Origin: Minisyncoccota bacterium
GTDB taxonomy: Bacteria; Patescibacteriota; Minisyncoccia; Phycocordibacterales; Phycocordibacteraceae
Reading direction: 5' to 3'
DNA: 64,000 bases
Assembly: GCA_035627595.1 (NCBI GenBank)
Contig: DASPLK010000005.1
Coordinates: forward strand, 3,877-67,876
Position 1 is the first letter of the stretch. Each line of letters starts with the position of its first letter. Under the pieces are notes generated by a model that did no database searches, was not told where the DNA came from, and saw nothing but the letters and a program-made list of their open reading frames with translations. Below are positions 16,774 to 27,928 of the stretch, piece after piece. The translations under genes were made by a program, and so were the position numbers.

Positions 16774-19242
16774 TTACCGGGTTGCCGGCGTGGTGGTGGA
16801 CTGCGTAGAGGGCTGAGTACGTGCGCCCTGCGGCTGCGTCGTGGTATCCGTCACCGGAACCTGCGGAATACCGAGTGCGCCTAGTCGAGATGCTGGATAC
16901 GGGTTCCTGTTCTGACGGAGCATAGCGAGGTCCTCTGCGACCGCCTGTGCATTCTCTGGCGACAGCGAAGCTACCGTTTCAAGTTGCTCTACGGCTGCAG
17001 GGAACTGTCCCGCAAGCGCGTATGCGACTCCGAGGAAGAAGCGGGCGTTTGCGTACTGTGGGTTGAGCTCGACTGCGCGCGCAAGTGCGGCGATAGCGCC
17101 CTGCGTATCACCGGTACCTGAGCGGAGGATACCGAGCTGGAAGAGCACCACCGGATCGTTCGGTGCGAAGAATGCTGCTGATTCTGCGGCCTGAAGGGCC
17201 TCAGATGCCTTACCCTGCGCAACCTGAAGCTGCGAGAGGAGGAAGATGGCCTGGGTGTAGTCCTGCTTGAGCGCGATCGCCTGCATGAGGTACTCCTCAG
17301 CGGCTGCTGGCTGCTCATTCGCTATCTCAAGCTGCGCGAGAATATACGGTAGGGTCGGATTGGTCGGATTGAGTTCCAATGCACGGAGGTACGCAGTCTT
17401 CGCGTTCTCATATGCCCCATCGATATCAAGCGGCACGACCGCCTGGTACACATTGCCGAGCAGGGTCCAGTTCTGGTAGCTGTCTGCGCGGAGGCGGGTT
17501 GCGGTGATCGCAGCATCGATACTGCTAGAAAGCGCAGTCTGGAAGCGCTGCTGGCGCTCTGCAGCTGGGAGCGACGTATCGTTTGCGACCTGGTTCATAC
17601 GTGCCATCCCAACCGTTGCGAGGAGCTGGTACGCACGATCAGATGGTGCAAATAGGAGCGCGCGTTCAGTTGCCTGCTCAGCTGCCTCAAGGTTGTTTGC
17701 GGACAACGCCTGCGCACCTTCTACGTATGCGATCTCAGCAAGGTAGCGGTTCACGACCGCGTATGCGGCGACCACAGACGCAAGAAGGAGGAGGGTAAGC
17801 GCAAACACCACCACGAACCCGACCCGCGGATTACGCGAGAAGATAATGCCCCATTCGTGCCTTCCCTTCCCATGCCTAAGCGATGAGATGAAAACACCGA
17901 CCATGAGGAACCCAGCGGCAAGGACAGCCGGACCGGGGACCGAGAATGTCATGAGGACGAATACGTACAGCGCGCCGGTAAATGAAGCGATGGATACGAA
18001 GCGCGCAAACGAATCTTCCGGAGCCCTAAAGAGCAACGAGCGGAGGCCGATCCAGAGGAAAAGGCCGATGAAGGAGAGCCATGCGAGCGCGCCCAAGGCT
18101 CCTGTTGTTACGAACGACGTCGGAATAAGACCGATACCAGATACGAAGTCGACATTCCAGAATACGGTCTCATTAAGTGCGCGGTCACGGAACTTGAGCC
18201 ACTGCGTGCTAAAGGTTGCAGGACCTGAACCGAAGATTGGGGACGAAGCATACGTGTGGCTGCCAACATCAAACGTCGACTGCCATGACGGACGTACATC
18301 AAGATAGTTCGCGCCCATCGCGGTAGACAGAGCGCTACCGATCGTTGCACTGCCGATAAGGAAGAAGAGCGCGATAACGAGCGTCACCAAAGGCGCGACC
18401 AGTGACTTGCCGTCCAAGTTGCCAGAGACCGGCTCGAAATCAGCATCAAGCGTTGTGACACCTTCAAGATCGGCCTCATCGGAGACTGGGCCGCGGCGCA
18501 TAATCGCCTCAATGAAAAGTCCAAGCGCCGTGAGGGCGATAAGGGCCCACACGAATACTGCGTTCACGACAGCAACTGCAAAGAGGCCTACGGCGATGAG
18601 AATCCAGAGGAAGATGCGCATGCGCTTCCCAAGGGCAAGGAAGCGGATAGCGAGAAGCGAGGTGATGATACCAAGGCCTGCCATCATGCCGAGATCCGAG
18701 AATGAGCCGACGATATTTGAGGTCGCACTAATTGTGGTCGGTGATACCTTCGCAAGGAAAAGTATGACGACTTCGGATACGAGTACGATCGCGAATGTTA
18801 TGAGCGCGATTTTGAAGAAGGATTGGTACTGGTCCACTCTACGCAGTACGAGCGCTGCAAGAGTTCCAAGCGAGGCAAGGATCAACATGAAGCCGAACGT
18901 ATCCGCTTCAAGCTGACTCCCGAAGAATGAGTGCATGACCCCGGCGCTTGAGAACAGCGTCGAGATAGCGTACGCGAGCGGCACAAGCCACATAGCACCT
19001 ACAAGCGTGATAGGTGGGACGATGACATTACCGCGAGTGAGCCGCGCGAGAATGAAGAGCATGAGAGCGACAAGACCGCCTGCCGCAAGAATGGAAACTT
19101 TCGTATAAAGGAACGGAAATGCGCCGAATGGCATAAACGCCACTGTTGCGAGAAGGCCCGTCACCGCGAGCACCCAGATGGATGCGGTATCGAACGAGAA
19201 GCGCTTTGAAGGCGCACCTGCCGCGTGTGTTTGATCGTACAT
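16774..19242 (-). CDS. Polytopic membrane protein (O-antigen ligase-like) with C-terminal TPRs
   Basis: ~13 TM, PIFGSGPATF loop, TTGALG; TPR motifs ALELNPTNP, AVELNPQYANARFFLG. Confidence 0.75.
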   Translation of the reverse strand: MYDQTHAAGAPSKRFSFDTASIWVLAVTGLLATVAFMPFGAFPFLYTKVSILAAGGLVALMLFILARLTRGNVIVPPITLVGAMWLVPLAYAISTLFSSAGVMHSFFGSQLEADTFGFMLILASLGTLAALVLRRVDQYQSFFKIALITFAIVLVSEVVILFLAKVSPTTISATSNIVGSFSDLGMMAGLGIITSLLAIRFLALGKRMRIFLWILIAVGLFAVAVVNAVFVWALIALTALGLFIEAIMRRGPVSDEADLEGVTTLDADFEPVSGNLDGKSLVAPLVTLVIALFFLIGSATIGSALSTAMGANYLDVRPSWQSTFDVGSHTYASSPIFGSGPATFSTQWLKFRDRALNETVFWNVDFVSGIGLIPTSFVTTGALGALAWLSFIGLFLWIGLRSLLFRAPEDSFARFVSIASFTGALYVFVLMTFSVPGPAVLAAGFLMVGVFISSLRHGKGRHEWGIIFSRNPRVGFVVVFALTLLLLASVVAAYAVVNRYLAEIAYVEGAQALSANNLEAAEQATERALLFAPSDRAYQLLATVGMARMNQVANDTSLPAAERQQRFQTALSSSIDAAITATRLRADSYQNWTLLGNVYQAVVPLDIDGAYENAKTAYLRALELNPTNPTLPYILAQLEIANEQPAAAEEYLMQAIALKQDYTQAIFLLSQLQVAQGKASEALQAAESAAFFAPNDPVVLFQLGILRSGTGDTQGAIAALARAVELNPQYANARFFLGVAYALAGQFPAAVEQLETVASLSPENAQAVAEDLAMLRQNRNPYPASRLGALGIPQVPVTDTTTQPQGARTQPSTQSTTTPATR

Positions 19243-19319
19243 ACGTATATATGAATGCCCTTGTTAATGTCTATCAGTATAGCGCATGGCAGTTTTATGA
19301 AGTTTTCCCCGGTGGATAC

Positions 19320-19352
19320 GAAAACACCCGCCTTAAAAAGGCGGGTGTTTTC
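19320..19352 (-). terminator. Terminator downstream of RNase P RNA
   Basis: GAAAACACCCGCCTT-aaa-AAGGCGGGTGTTTTC. Confidence 0.8.
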
Positions 19353-19361
19353 ATGTTCGAG

Positions 19362-19680
19362 ACCGGTCCGATAAGCCGAATTCTGTACTCCTTGCGGAGT
19401 GACGACCATCTATCTGGGACCCCGGTTACCCGAGGCCTCAAGCGGCGCTCCCTCAAAAGAGGGCACGGCCTTGCACAGAGGTAAGGATTTAGCCGTTTCA
19501 TTCCTGCCTTCCAGCAGGCCTCATCCCAAGGGGATGCCTTTGGCTTTCGCCTCCGGCGTTTCTGCTCGCACCTCGCGGATCGCTCCGTGCGGGGGTTACC
19601 CGCTACCCTGCTGCTTGTTTCCAAGCCTGTGTTCGGACTTTCCTCTAGCTAACAAGTAGCCAGCGGTCGTCTGGACCGGT
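19362..19680 (-). ncRNA. rnpB: RNase P RNA
   Basis: Minus strand GAGGAAAGTCCG near 5' end and ACAGAATTCGGCTTAT near 3' end; ends pair ACCGGTCC/GGACCGGT; TATAAT 6 nt upstream. Confidence 0.95.
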
Positions 19681-19699
19681 ATATGCATTATACCATAAT

Positions 19700-19729
19700 G
19701 AGAAAGAGCTGCCAACGCAGCTCTTTCTC
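19700..19729 (-). terminator. Terminator after RNR gene
   Basis: GAGAAAGAGCTGC-caac-GCAGCTCTTTCTC. Confidence 0.75.
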
Positions 19730-19745
19730 TGGCACAGACCTTGAA

Positions 19746-22115
19746 TTAGATCTCGCAGACTCCCGACACACACGCGAGCTCCCTCTTCATCTCAGTCTCG
19801 TCCTGGCGCTCGTATGCGTAGAGCTTTCCGTAGTCGATGTGCTTGTAGCGCTTGACCATATCCTCGTACGTTTCCTTGGAAATCGGCTCGTACGGCGCGA
19901 GGCGGTAGACGTGGTTGCTTCGAGGAAGGAACGAGAGGCCACCGACGATGTCCCAGTTCTCGTATACCCAGTTGGCGACACTGATCCACTCATCATCACC
20001 GACCGAGATCGTAACTGATGGGTTGTGCTCGGTGTAGTTCTCCTTCACGAGCTTCCAGTGCTCAAGCTGATCGAGTGCGGTGATGTCGTCCTTGGAGATA
20101 GCGCCGTCTGGGCTCTTTACCGGGAACTCAAGCACGTACGTGTTCGCGGTCTCTTCCTGCTGGCCGACTTCCGGGTAGTACGGAACGCCCTGGTCCTTGA
20201 GCATCTTGAAGAGTGAGTCGGTAGCGCTGATGCGGATGCGGCGGATGTAGTACGGCGCGTGGCGCGGGTGCATACCGGATGCAACACCCAAGGTCTGAGA
20301 GACGGTGCCAGACGGCTTCACACAAGTGATAGAAGTCGACTGATTAATGCCGAAACGCTCTGCGTACTTCTTGTTGACCTTGATGGTCTCCTTCTTCATT
20401 GCGTCGAGGACCTTCGCGTCACGCACGGTCGCACAATCCCACTGACCGGTGATAGATACACCGAGAAGGCGCTCTGCCTTACAGTTGTCAGTCCACTCCT
20501 TAGAAAGGTACTGGAGGTTCACGAGGGTCGACTGGTAGGTGCCGAGGATAGTTGCAAGACGTGCTTTGCGGATGAGTGTCTCCTGCGTATCGCCTGCGCG
20601 CGCCACGACCTCGGTAAGGTTGCAGAACTGCTTAGACTTGAGGATGATCTCGCCGCACGGGTTGGTACCTGCAGGACCGATGACGCGGTCATTCTTGATG
20701 TACCCGCTCTTGCTCCAGAACTCCTTCCGGCGCTCCGGAAGCTGACCCATAAGGCCGCCACGATTGAAGATGCCGCGCTCGCCGGTCCCGCTCTTCATGA
20801 GCGCAACCCACTCGTCCATGAACTCTGCGTTCGTCGGCTTGTAGTGATAGACCGCAGAATTGTTTGCAATTGCACGATGTGGATCGGTCATGTAGAACTG
20901 GCCCTTCTTCGCGTCACGTACGAGCTCGTCGTCAAGGTCCGACAAGGAGATCATTGCAGAGCGACGGACACCACCGGCAACCACACACTCGCCGATCTTG
21001 CAGATCACGTCATGCGCATCAATGTTGCGGAGACGGCGGCCCTGGCGGGAAAGGATACGCTCGCGGGAGAACGCAAGAAGGTTACGAAGTGGCTCAGGAC
21101 CAGATGCTTTGCCGCCCATCGTGTTGAGACGTGCGCCTGCTGGGCGGACCTGAGAGAAATCAAAGTCGATGTCCTTTCCATCGAACCAGGTCTTGAGGCC
21201 GAGCGTAAGCGCATCACACCAACCTTCCTTGGAGTCAGCGACGACATGGGTCGGGAGCTTCTCGCCAGACTGGTATGCAATCTGCGGTAGTGCCTGGATG
21301 TTCGCGCTCTCAACCGAGTAGCCGACGCCGGTACCGCACATGGAGATGTACATGATCTCAGCAAAGTCTCCGAGCTGAGATGGGGCGATGTAGGAGCAGT
21401 TGTATGCCGCGACGTTGCAGCGGCGTGCTGCGGTGCCTGCGAACTGCATGAGGCGCATCGATGGCATGATCTCCTGGTTCAAAATAGCTTCGCGAAGTTC
21501 GTTGTACTCCTTCGTCGTGAGCTTGTCGCCAATGTTCTCGCGCATGAAGTCGAGATAGCGATCCACGGTTTCTACCCAGGTCTCACGGCGGCCTTCGTCA
21601 TCTTTCCACTTTGCGTATGTACGGAGGTATACGAACTCGCCAAGCGCATTGTTCTTAAAGTACTTCTTGCTCTCCTCAGAGAGTGCACGGACACGCTCGG
21701 GAACCTCGACCTGCTCATCGCGCATCTGCGCGCGCTTATCACGGTACAAAATGTACGCCTTTGCCGTCGCTGTGAAGTCGTTCAACATGAGCTGCTTCTC
21801 AATGGCATCCTGGAGTCCCTCGACGGTCGGAAGGAAGTTCTTGTACTTCTTTCCGAAGCGGGCGATTTCGCCTGCGACTTGATGCGCGACCAAAGTAGCG
21901 TCTTCTGCGCCACCTTCGCCTGCAGCGATCATCGCCTTGTGGATTGCAGCAACAATTTTCTCAAATGAGAATGGTGCGATCCTGCCATCACGCTTCTCAA
22001 CCTGCGGGATGAGGTCGCGATACCGCTTCGTCTCCTTACTTTCAACAACTTCCGCAACTACAGGAGCTGCCTTCTTGGTAACGGTGCGAGCGGATGTCTT
22101 TGCGGATTTTGCCAT
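19746..22115 (-). CDS. nrdJ: Class II (AdoCbl-dependent) ribonucleotide reductase with N-terminal ATP cone
   Basis: VEKRDGR ATP cone; YNCSY, VVAGGVRRSAMI, GTNPCGEI, FCNLTEV, CVKPSGTVSQ, C-terminal CVSGVC; no class I beta-subunit gene nearby. Confidence 0.88.
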   Translation of the reverse strand: MAKSAKTSARTVTKKAAPVVAEVVESKETKRYRDLIPQVEKRDGRIAPFSFEKIVAAIHKAMIAAGEGGAEDATLVAHQVAGEIARFGKKYKNFLPTVEGLQDAIEKQLMLNDFTATAKAYILYRDKRAQMRDEQVEVPERVRALSEESKKYFKNNALGEFVYLRTYAKWKDDEGRRETWVETVDRYLDFMRENIGDKLTTKEYNELREAILNQEIMPSMRLMQFAGTAARRCNVAAYNCSYIAPSQLGDFAEIMYISMCGTGVGYSVESANIQALPQIAYQSGEKLPTHVVADSKEGWCDALTLGLKTWFDGKDIDFDFSQVRPAGARLNTMGGKASGPEPLRNLLAFSRERILSRQGRRLRNIDAHDVICKIGECVVAGGVRRSAMISLSDLDDELVRDAKKGQFYMTDPHRAIANNSAVYHYKPTNAEFMDEWVALMKSGTGERGIFNRGGLMGQLPERRKEFWSKSGYIKNDRVIGPAGTNPCGEIILKSKQFCNLTEVVARAGDTQETLIRKARLATILGTYQSTLVNLQYLSKEWTDNCKAERLLGVSITGQWDCATVRDAKVLDAMKKETIKVNKKYAERFGINQSTSITCVKPSGTVSQTLGVASGMHPRHAPYYIRRIRISATDSLFKMLKDQGVPYYPEVGQQEETANTYVLEFPVKSPDGAISKDDITALDQLEHWKLVKENYTEHNPSVTISVGDDEWISVANWVYENWDIVGGLSFLPRSNHVYRLAPYEPISKETYEDMVKRYKHIDYGKLYAYERQDETEMKRELACVSGVCEI

Positions 22116-22236
22116 AGAGAAATGCGTGACGTGATAATAGGCGTCAGGACCTGAAGTGAACATGGAGGAACCGACGTAGGAGAATTGTACCCCTGTTCAT
22201 CTGGGGTGTCGTGGGGACATCGCACTCGAAAACGTA

Positions 22237-22719
22237 TTAGGGATTCGGCAAGTAGATCACGGCGCCCACGTCCCATCCGCGCTCGCGCGCATACCCCGCG
22301 CGCGTTTCAAGGACACGCGATACAGGCTGCGGTGGATAAAAGACATTTGGATACGTATCGGGGGAAACTCCGTGCTCGATACCCAGGATCTCTCCTGTGT
22401 CTGATAGCCAGATAATGTCTATAGAAATATGCATGTCCTTCATCCAGAAGCCATGCATATCAGTTGCTTCAAACACAAAAAGCATACCGTAGTCGTCCGG
22501 AATCTCGGTTCTACCTGAGAGTCCCTGCTGTCGCTTCTCGAACGTATCCGCTATCTCGAATTTAATATCACCCTCATGGGCGTATGTGACATCCATATCG
22601 GACACGACATCTGCTCTATTGGACACACTCAACAGGTGCGCAGCGCTGACTAAAATGCCGCCGAGCACGAGAAATGCGAAACCGAATATAAGGAAGGGAT
22701 TTTTCTTAAAAAAGGTCAT
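22237..22719 (-). CDS. DUF192 protein
   Basis: EIADT..RQQGLSGR, GMLFVF, FWMKDM..SIDIIW, VLE.RAG. Confidence 0.9.
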   Translation of the reverse strand: MTFFKKNPFLIFGFAFLVLGGILVSAAHLLSVSNRADVVSDMDVTYAHEGDIKFEIADTFEKRQQGLSGRTEIPDDYGMLFVFEATDMHGFWMKDMHISIDIIWLSDTGEILGIEHGVSPDTYPNVFYPPQPVSRVLETRAGYARERGWDVGAVIYLPNP

Positions 22720-22746
22720 ACATTTGAGTATACCTTTCGGATCGAG

Positions 22747-22833
22747 CGGAGACGGCGAGATTCGAACTCGCGAGGGGTTTTACCCCCTACCCGCTTTCCA
22801 AGCGGGCGCACTCGACCACTATGCGACGTCTCC
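22747..22833 (-). tRNA. tRNA-Ser(GGA)
   Basis: GGAGACG/CGTCTCC acceptor, CCCGC-TTGGAAA-GCGGG, long variable arm, G73; CCA not encoded. Confidence 0.96.
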
Positions 22834-22910
22834 GTAGGGATTGTTATACCACAACCAAATGGAAAAGAGCGACGCATGAGCGCCGCCCTTCCGTTTCGCC
22901 GAATCTGGTC

Positions 22911-23123
22911 CTACCAGATTCCCGAGCCTTTATGCTTTCTCTTGCGAGGAAGCGTACTCATCGTTGGCGCGCAGGCCTGCCGCATGGACTGGCCGCACGC
23001 TTTCAGACGATCGAACTGTCGCTCGCGGTCCAGCAGAGTCCAGGCTGCATGCAGCCTTCTGCCGCTCAATCCCTGGAACATGGGAGAGGACGCGGAGTTG
23101 GAACGAAACGTCGTATCAGTCAT
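22911..23123 (-). CDS. Small basic orphan protein (70 aa)
   Basis: TTGTAA-16-TATAAT promoter, GGGGAG SD, and terminator-like hairpin at 22861-22892. Confidence 0.5.
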   Translation of the reverse strand: MTDTTFRSNSASSPMFQGLSGRRLHAAWTLLDRERQFDRLKACGQSMRQACAPTMSTLPRKRKHKGSGIW

Positions 23124-23187
23124 GTACAAGCTCCCCCTGGCGGAAATGCCAGGGGGAGATTATAACACGGTAATGAAAGTTTACAAG

Positions 23188-24075
23188 TTAGCGCCCAAGT
23201 AGTGCGGCTACGCGCTCTTCCACCGGAGGATGTGTCGCAAATAGTCTATTCACGAACTTCCCTGCTGTAGCTCCAAACGGATTGGCAATGAAGAGGTGCG
23301 CGGTCGCATGATTCGCGCTTTGCATGGGCCGGTTGTATCCCGCGATCTTTTGAAGTGCAGAAGCAAGGCCTTCTGGGTACCGAGTCAAAAGCGCACCTGA
23401 GGCATCTGCGAGGAATTCGCGGCGCCTGGAAACCGCAAGCTGTATCAACTGGGCTGCAATAGGCGCAAGAATGATGCCGACTACCGCAAGGATAAGGAAG
23501 AGCACGTTGCCTTTTCCGTTGTCACGATTGCCACCCCCAAATAGCGACATGCGCAGGAAGATGTCAGCGACAATTGCGATGAAGCCCGCAAGCACCACGG
23601 CGACCGTCATGACGAGCATGTCGCGATTCTTGATGTGGGAGAGTTCATGTGCAATGACACCCTCCAATTCCTGGCGGTTCATCATGGCAAGAAGGCCTGT
23701 AGTCGCGGCGACAACCGCATGTTTCTCGTTACGGCCGGTCGCAAACGCGTTCGGTGCTGGGTCGTCGATAACGTAGAGCTTGGGCATTGGAAGACCTGAG
23801 GCAATAGAGAGGTTCTCCGTAACCGTGTAGAGATCAAAGTATTCCTCGCGGGTCGCGGGCTTCGCCTTGGTCATCGAAAGCACGACCTTATCGCTGAACC
23901 AGTACGCCCAGAAGTTCATCAGGATGGAGATGCCAACCGCAACATAAAGGATAATGGGACTGTCGTAATACCAGGAGATTCCCCAACCGATCGCGATAAC
24001 CAGGAGGAAGAACCCGAGCATAAGGCCCCAGGTCTTCCACACATTCTCTGAGCGTTCTTGGTAGAGCGTTGCCAT
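23188..24075 (-). CDS. htpX: Zinc metalloprotease HtpX (M48)
   Basis: PNAFATGR, AHELSH, SRRREFLADA, FATHPP. Confidence 0.95.
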   Translation of the reverse strand: MATLYQERSENVWKTWGLMLGFFLLVIAIGWGISWYYDSPIILYVAVGISILMNFWAYWFSDKVVLSMTKAKPATREEYFDLYTVTENLSIASGLPMPKLYVIDDPAPNAFATGRNEKHAVVAATTGLLAMMNRQELEGVIAHELSHIKNRDMLVMTVAVVLAGFIAIVADIFLRMSLFGGGNRDNGKGNVLFLILAVVGIILAPIAAQLIQLAVSRRREFLADASGALLTRYPEGLASALQKIAGYNRPMQSANHATAHLFIANPFGATAGKFVNRLFATHPPVEERVAALLGR

Positions 24076-24094
24076 ATCTTATATAGACGAGTTA

Positions 24095-24415
24095 CTACGC
24101 ACTTTCCTTCTTTTCGAACCGATCTTTGTCGCGAGTGCGACATTTCTCCATCACCGTCTTGAATTCTTCATCTAGATCGATGCCTTGTGCATTTGCAAGA
24201 CACATTGCCGTAAAGATGACGTCCATGAGCTCTTTGCCGAGCTCTTGCCGCGCTTCCTCCTCCTTCTTCGGCTTATCGCCGTAAAGATGGTTTAAGAGGC
24301 GACCGAGCTCACCCACCTCTTCCGCGAGCCGCGCAAACTGTGACAGAGGCGACCAATACGGGACCTTGTACTCCTGAACCCAGGAGTCTATCTCTTTCTG
24401 CGCGTCTTTTAGCAT
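24095..24415 (-). CDS. MazG-like nucleotide pyrophosphohydrolase (YpjD-like)
   Basis: YWSPLSQFARLAEEVGEL, ELMDVIF, RDKDRF. Confidence 0.9.
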   Translation of the reverse strand: MLKDAQKEIDSWVQEYKVPYWSPLSQFARLAEEVGELGRLLNHLYGDKPKKEEEARQELGKELMDVIFTAMCLANAQGIDLDEEFKTVMEKCRTRDKDRFEKKESA

Positions 24416-24419
24416 GGAG

Positions 24420-24980
24420 TTAGAACGCGACCTTCACCGGCTCGCGTGCTGCAGCTTCTGCCTCTGTAAGCTCGAAGAGATCCATCTGCTTGAAGGAGAA
24501 CATACCGCCCACGATGTTGCCTGGGAACTGCTCTAGGCCCGTATTAAGCGCCATGACGTTCTGGTTGTAGAAGCGGCGGGCTGCCTGGATCTTGTCCTCG
24601 GTGTTCGCAAGCTCCTTCTGAAGCTCGAGGAAGTTCGCATTGGCCTTAAGGTCCGGGTACGCCTCGGCGACCGCGAAGATACTCTTCAAGGCGCCCGTGA
24701 GCATGTTCTCGGCTTCCGCATGTTCGTCTACCGACTGCGCGCCCATAGCGGCAGCGCGTGCCTTGGTGACGTTCTCAAATGCCTGGCTCTCATGCGTTGC
24801 GTAGCCCTTCACAGTCTCCACGAGATTCGGGATGAGGTCGTAGCGGCGCTTCATCTGCACCTCGATATCGGACCATGCTTCTTTGGCGCGATTAATGAGC
24901 GCAACAAAGTGATTGTAGCTAAAGATTACCCAGAACACGAGTACGGCGAGGATGCCGAGGACGATGTATAGGATGGTCAT
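24420..24980 (-). CDS. lemA: LemA family protein
   Basis: AWSDIEVQMKRRYDLIPNLVETVKGYA, EAYPDLKAN, ARRFYN. Confidence 0.95.
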   Translation of the reverse strand: MTILYIVLGILAVLVFWVIFSYNHFVALINRAKEAWSDIEVQMKRRYDLIPNLVETVKGYATHESQAFENVTKARAAAMGAQSVDEHAEAENMLTGALKSIFAVAEAYPDLKANANFLELQKELANTEDKIQAARRFYNQNVMALNTGLEQFPGNIVGGMFSFKQMDLFELTEAEAAAREPVKVAF

Positions 24981-25009
24981 ATACCTATAGTGTATGAAGT
25001 CTCAACATA

Positions 25010-25043
25010 AACACAAGAGCCGCCTATAGGCGGCTCTTGTGTT
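25010..25043 (-). terminator. groEL terminator
   Basis: AACACAAGAGCCGCC-tata-GGCGGCTCTTGTGTT. Confidence 0.8.
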
Positions 25044-25059
25044 ACCCGATGTTCTTACA

Positions 25060-27020
<1,961 letters not shown>

Positions 27021-27201
27021 AGCAATGAAAAAGCTAGCTTTTGATAAAAGCTTTGGGTTTGAAGTCACCCATGCCAACGCAGTATGCGCTAGCGGTAGCT
27101 ATAAGTATATGAAGAGCGATAGTTGGGTCAAGATGCGATACTTGACATTTGTCCATTTATTATGCAATATAAATTCAACGCGACTCAATTGGAGATTAGG
27201 A

Positions 27202-27594
27202 ATGCGCGAGTTCTTTATGGCTATGGTCGTATCCACTAGCTTCCTGGCTGCCCTGGCGACCATACGCCAATACCTTCGAGTGCGGGATATGGAGGTGCGA
27301 CTGAATCCCGCATGGCTGGAAAGACTTCCCGCATCCTCGCAGGAATATCTGCGGAGTGGGGAAAAGTTTAGGCTGCAGCTACAAAGGCTGTCGCTACCCT
27401 ACTTTCCGATCTATGTTTCGTTCATCGTTTCTGCGGCCGCGCTGCTTCAGAGCTTCAAGCTTGATCCGATCTGGTTCTACGCCTGCGCACTTGGAATATC
27501 GCTCAACTTCCTCAGGAAGTTCGGCCGTATTACCAGCGAGATGATTGAGGAGCTGGAAGAAGACGAGTACACGGCCCGCCAGTACCGCAACTGA
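27202..27594 (+). CDS. Orphan 3-TM membrane protein
   Basis: TTGACA-17-CAATAT promoter, GGAG SD, terminator at 27605-27635. Confidence 0.6.
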   Translation: MREFFMAMVVSTSFLAALATIRQYLRVRDMEVRLNPAWLERLPASSQEYLRSGEKFRLQLQRLSLPYFPIYVSFIVSAAALLQSFKLDPIWFYACALGISLNFLRKFGRITSEMIEELEEDEYTARQYRN

Positions 27595-27684
27595 CATCAG
27601 ACACCGCCCCCGGATCACCGTTCTGGGGGCGTTTTGCATACCCTTGCCCCCCTATACCCCTTCATGATAGGCTCTTTCCTACAG

Positions 27685-27915
27685 ATGGAGACACTCAAGG
27701 CGATACTGCCGTACATAGAAATCACCCTCTCCCTTCTCCTTATTATAGGGATCGTGCTTCAACAGCGCGGTGCCGGCCTCGGAGGAGCGTTTGGCGGTGA
27801 CAATTTCGCATCGACGTTCTACAAGCGCCGCGGGGCGGAGAAATTCCTTTTCAACGCCACAATCGTTATTGCGGTCCTTTTCGTCGCATCGGCGATCGCC
27901 GGGTTCCTCATCTGA
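27685..27915 (+). CDS. secG: Preprotein translocase subunit SecG
   Basis: IVLQQRGAGLGGAFGG ... RRGAEKFLFNAT. Confidence 0.92.
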   Translation: METLKAILPYIEITLSLLLIIGIVLQQRGAGLGGAFGGDNFASTFYKRRGAEKFLFNATIVIAVLFVASAIAGFLI

Positions 27916-27928
27916 TAGGAAACCCTAC

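Noticed and set aside
19146-19659. ORFs overlapping 19.3-19.7 kb
   Set aside because: The region is explained by RNase P RNA
20259-21290. Long antisense ORFs (343 aa here; also 30001-30924, 44047-44769, 46711-47391, 48047-48760)
   Set aside because: Shadows of well-supported genes on the opposite strand, caused by codon bias; no motifs or expression signals
27021-27135. CIRCE operator upstream of groES
   Set aside because: Only unrelated hairpins are present; TTAGCACTC-N9-GAGTGCTAA is absent
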